This document shows positions 1-8,791 of a DNA stretch of 37,709 nucleotides, one piece after another. How positions within the stretch are numbered: the stretch's first letter is position 1; the number at the start of each line of letters is the position of its first letter. The DNA is from a virus (Duplodnaviria; Heunggongvirae; Uroviricota; Caudoviricetes). The notes beneath the pieces were generated by a model, which did not search any database, was not told the DNA's origin, and saw only the letters and a program-made list of their open reading frames with translations. The DNA lies in the IMG/VR virus record IMGVR_UViG_3300025072_002801. The stretch is one strand, 5' to 3'. The position numbers and the translations under genes were made by a program.

Positions 1-273
1 ATGAAAACTTTTAATGAATTTCTTCTAGAAAGCGCACCTATTCATTCTTCGATTTGGGCAACGGCAGGGGAAATGCCATTTTTACAGCATGGGGTTCCTC
101 CTGCCATGAAAATGGGTTTGTATCAACAGACAGTCGATCAACTTCAAGATATATTGGATGGCCAGGACGAGGAAGACATACACCAAACGTATTATCCTGA
201 GTTAACGAAAGAAAATATAAAAGAACTCTTAAGAGCTATTAAACATCTTTGGTCTGATAAGTCCAATGATTAA
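1..273 (+). CDS. Hypothetical protein with T4-type capsid-targeting-like N-terminus (putative internal virion protein)
   Basis: Starts MKTFNEFLLES, resembling the T4 internal-protein capsid targeting sequence MKTYQEFIAE. Confidence 0.65.
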   Translation: MKTFNEFLLESAPIHSSIWATAGEMPFLQHGVPPAMKMGLYQQTVDQLQDILDGQDEEDIHQTYYPELTKENIKELLRAIKHLWSDKSND

Positions 274-621
274 ATGAGGAATATGAACATTGCAACAATT
301 TTAGGAAAGGCTGTTATCGCCTTATTCGTTTTGGCGTTGATTGGTGGAGCGGTATTTTTTGGCTTAGTTACCTTAGACTCAAGGTATGACATTTGGGGAG
401 ACGGTCAAACTACCCAAAATGTTCCCAACGAAGCATATTCTCAAATTGACATGATTCCATACCTTGGTCAAATCCGCCAGATTGACGAATCCGTAAAATC
501 ATTAGAAGTCAAAAAATTAACGATTGATGAAGAAATATCAAAACTAAAAAATGACAGAGCGGAAATCGTGAAAGAGATTCGTGATACGCTCAAAGAAATA
601 GAATCGCAGATCGGTGAATAG
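274..621 (+). CDS. Membrane-anchored coiled-coil protein
   Basis: N-terminal hydrophobic helix (AVIALFVLALIGGAVFFGLV) and heptad-rich C-terminus; tightly coupled to neighbours. Confidence 0.7.
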   Translation: MRNMNIATILGKAVIALFVLALIGGAVFFGLVTLDSRYDIWGDGQTTQNVPNEAYSQIDMIPYLGQIRQIDESVKSLEVKKLTIDEEISKLKNDRAEIVKEIRDTLKEIESQIGE

Positions 622-955
622 AAAAAAACTAATTCGATCAAACTTTCGCAAAGCAGTCTTTAAGCGAGATAAATCCTGCTGTCGTTCTTGCGGAAGAAGC
701 CTGCAACATGGAGAGATTGCAGAAGAAATTTTTGACGCCCACCATATAACAGACCGGAAAATGTTCGAAAATGGTGGATATGTTCCTGAGAATGGGATTT
801 GCGTATGCGATAAATGTCACATACTATGTGAGAAATTTCACCAGACTGGGGTTTCTCATCCCGGCTTGTCTCCAAGCGACTTATATGCGATGATTGGATC
901 TTCTGAAGAAAGAGCTAGGAAATGCGATAAAAGAGTTGCCTATCTTAACATGTAG
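614..955 (+). CDS. HNH endonuclease
   Basis: VFKRD-CRSCG...DAHHI...NGICVCDKCH pattern typical of Zn-binding HNH proteins. Confidence 0.85.
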   Translation: MNRKKLIRSNFRKAVFKRDKSCCRSCGRSLQHGEIAEEIFDAHHITDRKMFENGGYVPENGICVCDKCHILCEKFHQTGVSHPGLSPSDLYAMIGSSEERARKCDKRVAYLNM

Positions 956-964
956 ATAAATCTT

Positions 965-994
965 GTTTACATTTTTGCTTTTATGAAGTAAAAT
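965..994 (+). promoter_or_regulatory. Sigma70/T4-early-like promoter
   Basis: GTTTACA-17 nt-TAAAAT upstream of the 1038-7804 operon. Confidence 0.65.
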
Positions 995-1037
995 GTAATG
1001 TGTACTGTTTGCATTTGCTTTAACAAGAAAAGTTTCG

Positions 1038-2237
1038 ATGTTTTGGACTATTTTGATAATAATCGGCATTTTAGGCGTTGCGGGCATGGCAGCGATTGCA
1101 TTTACATTAATAAGTGATGATGCGGGACGGCGCGACCGCTTGCGTCGTGATCGTGATCGTGATCGTGAAATCCAAGACAGATTAAGAGGTCGTCGTGAGC
1201 GTGAGCGTGACGCAGTTCTGGAAATGGAAAATGGTGAGGAAAGACGACACAGACGCTACCAAAACATGCTTGAAGTTCAATTGCTAATCCAAGACAGATT
1301 AAGAGGTCGTCGTGAGCGTGAGCGTGACGCAGTTCTGGAAATGGAAGATGGTGAGGAAAGACGACACCAAAACATGCTTGAAGTTCAATTGCAAGTTGAC
1401 CAGACAATAAATGCGATCAGAAGAGGCAGACAGCCCGTACAAAGGCAATTGACTCAAGTTGAAAAAGCTTCTGCTGCTTCCGCAATTTCCAAGATGGTTG
1501 AAAACAAGAGTGCCATTAAAAAAACAAAACGTCAAAGGCGTAAAGCGAGAAAGAAAGAAAAAAGAAATTCCATCAAATTAATTGAAGAGATGGTAACAAA
1601 GAGGAAAGATGACGCTGATGGGCTCATAGAGGGCATGCTTGTTCGGAACAACATAACAAGTCAAGCAACAGATGCCCCTTCCCACAAGCTTTTGTATGAA
1701 GGAAGATTTAATCGTGTCCCTTGCGAAGTGAGAGAATACCCTCCTTGCAAAAGAACTATTTACGTCCTTGTTAATCACACTACGAACGCTGCTACTGGGC
1801 AAAGAATAAGAACAGAAGAGAAATATACTGTTTGGTTTCCGCATACTGTGTTTGTCAGGAAATGGAGTGCCGACAAAGAAGCTTGGGTTCTGCACTTATC
1901 ATTTGCCAGTTCATCTATCGAAAACGAAAAAGACAAAGTTTGGTTTCCATTCATCCCAAACGTGTATAAGCCATCTGGCAGGATGTGTACCTCTGGCGGA
2001 GAGAATTTTGACTCTGCTATTAAAATCTTTTGGGAAAGTCAATTCATAACTGCGGAAATACCTGATGGAATCGAATCTTGCTATACTACATTTGGATCAA
2101 AGAATTTTAAAAAGAACATGGAGTTATGGGAATCTCTTTCATTAGAAGAAGTTATAGAAACAATGACAAAAGTTAGGTCAAGACAAGTAAAGGCTTGGAC
2201 TAACTTACGTAAATTTAAAGTAGGTCAGTACGAGTAA
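1038..2237 (+). CDS. Membrane-anchored protein with C-terminal prokaryotic E2 family D-like domain
   Basis: N-terminal TM helix, charged repeat linker, then FPHTVF...PFIPNVYKPSGRMC...FWESQF. Confidence 0.6.
   Translation: MFWTILIIIGILGVAGMAAIAFTLISDDAGRRDRLRRDRDRDREIQDRLRGRRERERDAVLEMENGEERRHRRYQNMLEVQLLIQDRLRGRRERERDAVLEMEDGEERRHQNMLEVQLQVDQTINAIRRGRQPVQRQLTQVEKASAASAISKMVENKSAIKKTKRQRRKARKKEKRNSIKLIEEMVTKRKDDADGLIEGMLVRNNITSQATDAPSHKLLYEGRFNRVPCEVREYPPCKRTIYVLVNHTTNAATGQRIRTEEKYTVWFPHTVFVRKWSADKEAWVLHLSFASSSIENEKDKVWFPFIPNVYKPSGRMCTSGGENFDSAIKIFWESQFITAEIPDGIESCYTTFGSKNFKKNMELWESLSLEEVIETMTKVRSRQVKAWTNLRKFKVGQYE
1170..1392 (+). repeat. In-frame tandem duplication (117-bp period) preceded by (CGTGAT)n
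   Basis: Copies start at 1170 and 1287; the second has one substitution and a 9-bp deletion; encodes IQDRLRGRRERERDAVLEME...QNMLEVQL twice. Confidence 0.95.
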
Positions 2238-2238
2238 C

Positions 2239-3366
2239 ATGGCATTCTCTGTTTTTCGTCAAATTATGAATTTTATTGGAGCGGGTCCTATGCGGGATGA
2301 AGTAAAACAAATCGTAAGTAGTCGTGAAAAAAGTGCGGCTGATAAAATCTCTGAGGCAATTGCCAAAAGAAAAAAGTCTGCACCAAAGCTGGCGTCTTCT
2401 CGCATTCTTGCGTTAACAAAACGTCGCAATACTGGAGATCAATTTGAACTAAAGCCAGACTTTAGAGTTTTATACGAAGATGAGAACGTAGAAATTCGTG
2501 AATATCCACCTCATCGAAGAACGATTACAGTGAGCCTTAAAAACCATGAAGATGACTATAGAGAAAGAAGGTACATAGAAAGAAAGCACTTTCTTCCTAT
2601 GCCGCATTGCGTTTTCGCTCGCAGAAAGAAGCATCCAGAAGGAATTCCAGATCATCGCCTTGATGGAGATGGAAACAAAATAATCACATCACACAAGGGG
2701 TTTTACTTAGGGTTTGCAAAAAAGCCTATTGAAACAAGCAGAGATGAGATTTACATGCCTTTCCTTCCCAACATGTATGAAGATTACAAAGTCTGTGAGG
2801 GGTCTGGTGGCGGTCACAACTTCGACAATAGAGTCTCTGGTTTTTGGGGAAGTTCATTCTTGCCAGAAGAAACGCCTAATGGGGCATACGCTGTTAGCAA
2901 AGCGTTAGGAATCGGTGCTGGTAAATATGACGCTTGTTTTGAAGCATGGGCGAAACTGACTCCTGAGGAAGTTGCCGAAAGAATGAATTATGCTCATTTG
3001 CCAATTGATCAAACTCATTTTGGACATGATGCTCATTTTGGATATGATCGTGAGGCATGGGAAAAAGAACAAGAACTAGAAAGAATTGAGGCAGAAAAAA
3101 GAAGAAGGAAATATGAAAATGAGAGAGACGAAAGACTTCGTGAAGAACGCCGAAACAGAGTTCTTTACGGAACAGAATGTCCGAACTGTGCGAGAGAAGA
3201 ATTGACCAACAGGCTTGACAGAGAAATGTGCTGCTATGGCTGTGATGAATACTATTGGGCAGAGGATCACAGAAGATCGCTAACAGCCCAAGAAAAGGCA
3301 GATGAAGCGGCACGGAAAGAAAGAGAAGCCATAGAAGATGCACGAAGAAAAGAAAGAGGACGCTAA
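2239..3366 (+). CDS. Prokaryotic E2 family D-like protein with C-terminal Zn-ribbon and coiled coil
   Basis: PMPHCVF...YMPFLPNMYEDYKVCEG...FWGSSF; CPNC...CYGC. Confidence 0.6.
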   Translation: MAFSVFRQIMNFIGAGPMRDEVKQIVSSREKSAADKISEAIAKRKKSAPKLASSRILALTKRRNTGDQFELKPDFRVLYEDENVEIREYPPHRRTITVSLKNHEDDYRERRYIERKHFLPMPHCVFARRKKHPEGIPDHRLDGDGNKIITSHKGFYLGFAKKPIETSRDEIYMPFLPNMYEDYKVCEGSGGGHNFDNRVSGFWGSSFLPEETPNGAYAVSKALGIGAGKYDACFEAWAKLTPEEVAERMNYAHLPIDQTHFGHDAHFGYDREAWEKEQELERIEAEKRRRKYENERDERLREERRNRVLYGTECPNCAREELTNRLDREMCCYGCDEYYWAEDHRRSLTAQEKADEAARKEREAIEDARRKERGR

Positions 3367-3368
3367 AA

Positions 3369-3911
3369 ATGCATGAAGAAATAGACACACTGGAAGACTT
3401 GTTGGTGGCGTTAAAAAAATTGACTCCAGAGCAACTAAAAATGCCGTTACAGGTGGTTCGTGACCATCCTGTTCATGAGTATGTTCATAAAGGTGAGGCT
3501 GGAATCTGTTTGTCAACTGTAGATGAACTAGGATTAAAGTATTTTCGTTCTGTGACGGATAACAGGCGTAATGGTGATGAAATAGTCATTTTCACTGATG
3601 GGAACCCTCACGGAGAAGAGGGGGCAACTGCTTATGAAATTTGCACCGGAAAGGATGAAGTTTTTGGTGAAGTTTTTGGAAGCAAAAATCCAATTTTCCC
3701 TGATGGTCACAACGACGAATGTGATTGGACTGGACCTGCGCAAAAAATAATTGATGAAATTGATGACGCAAAAGATCACACGGTATGCGAAAAATGTGAC
3801 GACGAAGGAAGCCACATGAACGAAGATGGAACTAAATTAATGACATGCGTATGTAGCATTGACGCCAAGACACTATCAATGCTGAAGCATAGGATGAAAA
3901 AACTAAAATGA
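3369..3911 (+). CDS. Hypothetical protein (C-terminal CxxC...CxC)
   Basis: 180-aa ORF coupled within the operon. Confidence 0.7.
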   Translation: MHEEIDTLEDLLVALKKLTPEQLKMPLQVVRDHPVHEYVHKGEAGICLSTVDELGLKYFRSVTDNRRNGDEIVIFTDGNPHGEEGATAYEICTGKDEVFGEVFGSKNPIFPDGHNDECDWTGPAQKIIDEIDDAKDHTVCEKCDDEGSHMNEDGTKLMTCVCSIDAKTLSMLKHRMKKLK

Positions 3912-4531
3912 GAGGGTTGCAATTTATTACTGGCGATTTCAATGGCGAACCAACTGGGAGGTGTAATTGCACTATATTGGCAACAGACGATACTCAAGAA
4001 ATGACAATAAGTTTGGTTGGCGACGAAGAAGAGTCTTTTTGTTTAGACATTACAACCGAAAATATTGAAAGATGTTTGCATAGCCCCAAAGAAATTAAGA
4101 AACTACTTCCAAATATAGTCACAACACCGAGAGTGCAATTGATTGGATCTGCTTTACAAATTGCACATGAAATCAAGTTAAATAAAGCGGACATATACCC
4201 AGACGCCATCATAGGCAGGGCGGAAAACTGCTGCGGAAACACAACCTGCAATGGTGGTGGTTGCGAAAAATGCAGAGATCTTTGGGATGAAGCCACCAAA
4301 ATGATCCATGAAGGAACTTGCCCAAGAATTGAAGATGTTCCACATCACAAAAGTGACGTAAAGGCTTGGCTGAAAGCTTCTATGAAAGGATATGATTCAC
4401 CAGAATGGCAAGAATATCTTGATTCTCGGGTGTCTCAGCCTCCTAATGAAATGCCAGTTTATGATGATCCACCAGATGATGGACTCACAGCAAGAGAACG
4501 ACTTGAAAGGAAGAAGCAAGAAGATGTTTGA
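3908..4531 (+). CDS. Hypothetical protein with Cys cluster
   Basis: ATGA overlap with the upstream gene; CCGNTTCNGGGCEKC. Confidence 0.7.
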   Translation: MRGLQFITGDFNGEPTGRCNCTILATDDTQEMTISLVGDEEESFCLDITTENIERCLHSPKEIKKLLPNIVTTPRVQLIGSALQIAHEIKLNKADIYPDAIIGRAENCCGNTTCNGGGCEKCRDLWDEATKMIHEGTCPRIEDVPHHKSDVKAWLKASMKGYDSPEWQEYLDSRVSQPPNEMPVYDDPPDDGLTARERLERKKQEDV

Positions 4532-4823
4532 TTTGAGAGATATTTTAAAAATTGGGAAGGTGGTTTCTGAACTTCATCCTTCTGCGTCGTTAAAAATTAA
4601 AAAGTCTGGTTGCATTGAATCATGTTGGTCTTCATCAATGTTAACTATTGAAATTATGGACATGGAAATAGATGTTGAGATAGAAGGCGACAAAAATGAA
4701 AAGCTATGCATAGGGCAACGAAAAGTTGATGAACTTTATTGGAAAGAAAGAAGATTTGAATCAATATCAACCGCTTTGGCGATATTAACATATGACTTAG
4801 ACCAATTATGTACTGCAACATAA
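4524..4823 (+). CDS. Small paralog array member 1
   Basis: Start moved to ATG 4524 (MFDLRDILKIGKVVSELHP); shares the L..[IVL]G....P motif. Confidence 0.65.
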   Translation: MFDLRDILKIGKVVSELHPSASLKIKKSGCIESCWSSSMLTIEIMDMEIDVEIEGDKNEKLCIGQRKVDELYWKERRFESISTALAILTYDLDQLCTAT

Positions 4824-4834
4824 GGAAATAAAAG

Positions 4835-5164
4835 ATGCTTAAAAGTTTACAGCTAAGTGAAGACAAAAAGATGCTTGGAAGCTTGCAAAAACTAGGCGAA
4901 GATATAGCAGATGATTTTCCAAATGCTGAAGAGATCAGCCTGGAGAGGCTTCCGAAAATTCAAGACAAGTGCCGATGGTCATTGAAGGCGAGCGTAGAAG
5001 GAAAAGAAATAGACATTGATTGGGATGAAAAGGGATTCTCAATAGGGATGTGCAGTGGGGGCAATGACTGGTCTAGTGATTACAAAATCGTAGACTGTGG
5101 GGATATTAAAAGCGCTTATTTAATAGTGTTTAACTTTCTATCTGAGGAAGAAGAAGATGAATAA
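4835..5164 (+). CDS. Small paralog array member 2
   Basis: LQKLGEDIADDFP...WSLKASVEGKEIDIDWD. Confidence 0.7.
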   Translation: MLKSLQLSEDKKMLGSLQKLGEDIADDFPNAEEISLERLPKIQDKCRWSLKASVEGKEIDIDWDEKGFSIGMCSGGNDWSSDYKIVDCGDIKSAYLIVFNFLSEEEEDE

Positions 5165-5465
5165 AGAAGATTTAATTTCTGTTGGGGAGAAAATTTTAGA
5201 CGCCCATCCAGACGTTGAAATGTGGATAAGGAATGAGAGTGATTTCACATCCACTGTCTGGCAATTAACTGCTGTGTTGGGGATGGCTGAACTAGATGTA
5301 ATTGTAGATTCCACCAACAACTCTAAACATGATTTTTTTGATTACGTATTTTATCACGGCAAATTTAACAATTATGTAAATAATGGCGCAGCGTATACAA
5401 AAAAAGAACTCATGCAAGAGATTTTATCTTTCTTAGAAGAGTGTAGTGTGGGGCTTGTAAAATGA
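5157..5465 (+). CDS. Small paralog array member 3
   Basis: EDLISVGEKILDAHP...WQLTAV...FDYVFY. Confidence 0.75.
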   Translation: MNKEDLISVGEKILDAHPDVEMWIRNESDFTSTVWQLTAVLGMAELDVIVDSTNNSKHDFFDYVFYHGKFNNYVNNGAAYTKKELMQEILSFLEECSVGLVK

Positions 5466-5764
5466 CCACAAAAACAAATACGGCGTCTGAAATGCTGATG
5501 GAGGTTGGAAATTATGCCTCTGAATGCTTTCCGTTTTCAAATACAGCGATTACTAAAACTAAAGCAAACCCCAAGCACGATTACATGTCTTGGGTGTTGA
5601 CGATTTGCTTGTCAAATAGAAAAGTAAAAGTGTATGTTGAAGATGGATGGTTTGAGTTTACATTCTTTACAAAAAATGTAAAGGCATCATCTGGACGTGT
5701 TTGTAAAGTGAGACAATTCCGAATGCATGAATTGATTTGCGCATTTTTGGATGGGTTAAAATGA
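5462..5764 (+). CDS. Small paralog array member 4
   Basis: LMEVGNYASECFP...WVLTI...FEFTFF. Confidence 0.7.
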   Translation: MTTKTNTASEMLMEVGNYASECFPFSNTAITKTKANPKHDYMSWVLTICLSNRKVKVYVEDGWFEFTFFTKNVKASSGRVCKVRQFRMHELICAFLDGLK

Positions 5765-6072
5765 AACGCCTAAAAACAGAAGATTTGATGAGTGTTGGAG
5801 AAAAAGTGTCCGACATGCTTGCATCGTCCGAAGCAAGCATGTCGATAAAAAACATTTGTAGCGAGAAATTTTGGGTGCTAAATGTGTCAATTCAAGATGA
5901 TATGGCAAACCTAAGAGAGATTGAGGTTTTTGTTGAACCATCTGCCTATGAACAAGATCCCGACTCATTTGATTGGACGTTTTATACAAATGAGCATTAC
6001 GATGACACAGGGCTGGTTGATGAAACGCAAGAATTGTTCGAATTGATTTACGCTCACCTAAAAGGAATGTAA
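5761..6072 (+). CDS. Small paralog array member 5
   Basis: Start at ATG 5761 (ATGA overlap); EDLMSVGEKVSD...WVLNVS...FDWTFY. Confidence 0.75.
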   Translation: MKRLKTEDLMSVGEKVSDMLASSEASMSIKNICSEKFWVLNVSIQDDMANLREIEVFVEPSAYEQDPDSFDWTFYTNEHYDDTGLVDETQELFELIYAHLKGM

Positions 6073-6073
6073 A

Positions 6074-6409
6074 ATGGAAATAGAGAAGTGCGAAAAATTG
6101 CTTTCAAACTCAATAATTGAAAGCAACAACAGGCTGATCGTCCTTGGAGAAAAGCTGTCAAACAAATATCCAAATGCCACTTTTGAAATCGAAAAAGACA
6201 GATGGGAAAACGAGGATCAACTAAGAGTTTCTTCGGGGAAAAGAGAGGTTCACATAGACATAGATGATTCGTACTATGATCCTAAGTTTGATTTAACATT
6301 TTATTTTGTCAATGATAATGATGCGAAAACTTATCAAAGAAGTGGGATCACTGACAGTGAAGAAAAAGCCGTGTTTTTGGTTGGAGACTTTTTGGAACGA
6401 GTGCAATGA
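6074..6409 (+). CDS. Small paralog array member 6
   Basis: LIVLGEKLSNKYP...REVHIDID...FDLTFY. Confidence 0.75.
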   Translation: MEIEKCEKLLSNSIIESNNRLIVLGEKLSNKYPNATFEIEKDRWENEDQLRVSSGKREVHIDIDDSYYDPKFDLTFYFVNDNDAKTYQRSGITDSEEKAVFLVGDFLERVQ

Positions 6410-7107
6410 GCAACCAAGACCTGATAAATGAAATGGTGAAAGCGTCGGCGGCAAGCAAAATCAAGGCTATGACCATCAAGAAGCAAGTAGGAGAAGTAAA
6501 GGGTTATGACAGTTACGAATTGGAGATGGATGATGAGCGATTAAAATTGAAAAGAGTTATTGTTCATCGCCCTTGCAAAAGAACCGTCTCTGTCCTTTGC
6601 AAGGGATTAAAAACATACAAAATTCAACTTCCTTGGATGGTGTTTGCTCAAGTGGAGACTGGGGCGTTTCCTAGATACAAGGTTGCTTTGTGTCTTGACG
6701 AAGTTGAAAATATAGATTGTCAAATTTATTGGCCGCCGTTCCAAAACATACACAAAGATATGAGTGTTTGTATGCCAGCGGGTTACGCTTATATGGACTT
6801 GGAATCGTTTATTGATAATTTTTGGGGAAGCATATTTAACACAGATGTTCCGTTTTGGGGAAACTACGTAAGATCAAGTTATCTTTGGTCATGGAAGTCA
6901 TGGGAATATCATTCTGAATACAATAAAAACTTCGAAAAAAGAATCAATAGGCTTCCTCCAATAAGAAGGAGAGGAGAATTGCAGACTATAAGAAACATGC
7001 TTCACAGCAGGAGTATAGACTTTGATACTCCAAAGCTGAAGGCAGGAATCTTGCATTATCCAAAAATGTTATTAGATTCAATACTAATGTTTAGTCCAGT
7101 TCAATAG
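6406..7107 (+). CDS. Prokaryotic E2 family D-like protein
   Basis: LPWMVF...YWPPFQNIHKDMSVCM...FWGSIFN. Confidence 0.6.
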   Translation: MSNQDLINEMVKASAASKIKAMTIKKQVGEVKGYDSYELEMDDERLKLKRVIVHRPCKRTVSVLCKGLKTYKIQLPWMVFAQVETGAFPRYKVALCLDEVENIDCQIYWPPFQNIHKDMSVCMPAGYAYMDLESFIDNFWGSIFNTDVPFWGNYVRSSYLWSWKSWEYHSEYNKNFEKRINRLPPIRRRGELQTIRNMLHSRSIDFDTPKLKAGILHYPKMLLDSILMFSPVQ

Positions 7108-7224
7108 AAATGGAAGCTAAAATGAAGACGCTATCAATGTCTCCTTATGATTTTTGGTAGCAAGTTGACAGCAGAAATGGACATCTGCACATCTAAGACA
7201 TTCACATACGTAGGAGATTAAAAA

Positions 7225-7503
7225 ATGCTTTTTAAAACACTAGATTGCAGCTATTGTCGTGAAGAACAAGTTCAGAAATGCGCTGCTTTGAATCCAAATT
7301 GGTTCACTGATCATAATATAGGAATGGATTCCTACTATCACATGAAACAAGAATGTTACGACCAAGTTGTTGATTGGGTAAATAAAAATACGCCCAAAAC
7401 TTTTTGCTTGATCACAGATATTGAAGATGGAGAAGAGGCTGGGCTTTGTGCATCGCACTTAAGAATTATTGCAGATGAAATGGATGAAGGTTTTGATGAT
7501 TGA
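7225..7503 (+). CDS. Hypothetical protein (possible Zn binder)
   Basis: AGGAG RBS; CSYC...LCASH. Confidence 0.7.
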   Translation: MLFKTLDCSYCREEQVQKCAALNPNWFTDHNIGMDSYYHMKQECYDQVVDWVNKNTPKTFCLITDIEDGEEAGLCASHLRIIADEMDEGFDD

Positions 7504-7804
7504 TGCTAATGTAAAGAAGATGTGCGACAGACTTTATGAGACAGAGATATTATCTTCGCATTTTTTAAAAAACAGAGTAGTCGGATTACAGCATGTGCTG
7601 TCTTACTATTTGATGATGGATTGGGCGTTTTATTCAAACGGCTTTCATGACTTTAATTTAACATCATTAAACTGTTGTGCAGCATCAAGTCCAGCGTTTA
7701 AAAACGTTGCAATAAAACGAGGATATGGAGAAACATACTACAGAGAAAGAGAATTTACGTCCTTTACAGTAGTTGAAAATTGGGAAAAGTTTCTCAGAGC
7801 ATGA
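7496..7804 (+). CDS. Hypothetical protein
   Basis: Likely start MIDANV overlapping the upstream stop. Confidence 0.55.
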   Translation: MIDANVKKMCDRLYETEILSSHFLKNRVVGLQHVLSYYLMMDWAFYSNGFHDFNLTSLNCCAASSPAFKNVAIKRGYGETYYREREFTSFTVVENWEKFLRA

Positions 7805-8680
7805 TTAAAATGGCGGATCGTTCTCGCCACCCCAACTAGATTGCGTCTTAATCTTACGCCTTCTCTTCCTCTTCTTTTTGGGCAACTCTCCACCCATTAA
7901 ATCTGGTTCAGGCATTTCATCATGATAATCTCCCCAATCATCAAGTTCCGTCCTACGAGCAGCCATGGCATCGGAGTATGGGTTGCTTCCTTCCCAAAAG
8001 GGATCAACAAATACAACGTCTCCATTTGATCGTTTCATGAAATTCCCTTCATGAACGTCCATAGATCCTTTCAAACCGCTAGTGATCAATATGTACATTC
8101 CCTCAAAGAGTTTTGACAACTCTGGATTTGATTTTAACAAATCAATCATCTGTTGGTGAACTTTTACCTTTTCTGTGCGGTTTTCTGCACCAGCCCTTCT
8201 CTCACTAAAAGAAGGTCTAATTGTACGATCTACTTCTCTGTTTTCCGTTCCATTTTTTAAGTCATGAAAATATCTGTAGGAAATATCATAATATGCATTA
8301 ATTATATTAAAGGTGGGTCTATCAATTGGTTCCAACTTCTCCATTCTTACCAAATAAGAAGTTGCCTGATGTTTATAGCGTTTATAAAATGGAGTCACTT
8401 TTTTAGGAGGACCAAAAAACTTTGGGAATGCTGAATGTGGGTTCTTGAAAGCGAATCTAACAAAAGACGTATAAAACTCATCATTGTACATTTTAAGAAC
8501 GTATGGCCATCTTGGGTGAGAAAACACCTGCCCTTTTTTCCCAACGCCAATTAATTTCCCTCCGCTGGACTTAAATTCGTCCATCAACTCATCCCAATCC
8601 TTTTCTTTGTGATCTGGGTTAAGTAGAAATTCTGATATGGAGTCAAAACTTTCGTGCAATAGCCAATCTTTGAAATTCAT
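7805..8680 (-). CDS. Protein-kinase-like protein with capsid-targeting-like N-terminus
   Basis: MNFKDWLLHES start; LIGVGKKGQVF Gly-loop, VLK lysine, DVHEGNFM catalytic loop, VFVDP metal-binding Asp. Confidence 0.75.
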   Translation of the reverse strand: MNFKDWLLHESFDSISEFLLNPDHKEKDWDELMDEFKSSGGKLIGVGKKGQVFSHPRWPYVLKMYNDEFYTSFVRFAFKNPHSAFPKFFGPPKKVTPFYKRYKHQATSYLVRMEKLEPIDRPTFNIINAYYDISYRYFHDLKNGTENREVDRTIRPSFSERRAGAENRTEKVKVHQQMIDLLKSNPELSKLFEGMYILITSGLKGSMDVHEGNFMKRSNGDVVFVDPFWEGSNPYSDAMAARRTELDDWGDYHDEMPEPDLMGGELPKKKRKRRRKIKTQSSWGGENDPPF

Positions 8681-8756
8681 GCAATCAATCATTTAATTTA
8701 AGTAAATCTTTAGCATTTCCGCTAAGTTATATATATCAATGGGCTTACGGAAAGTC

Positions 8757-8785
8757 TGGATTTTGACGAGGAATTCAGGTATAAT
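8757..8785 (+). promoter_or_regulatory. Promoter, probably leaderless, for uvsW
   Basis: TGGATT-17-TATAAT ending 6 nt before ATG 8792; the same hexamer pair occurs at 25261. Confidence 0.6.
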
Positions 8786-8791
8786 TAAATT

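Noticed and set aside
7108-7224. Short ORF MEAKMKTLSMSPYDFW with possible TAG readthrough
   Set aside because: Too short, hits another stop soon after, and has no supporting signal.
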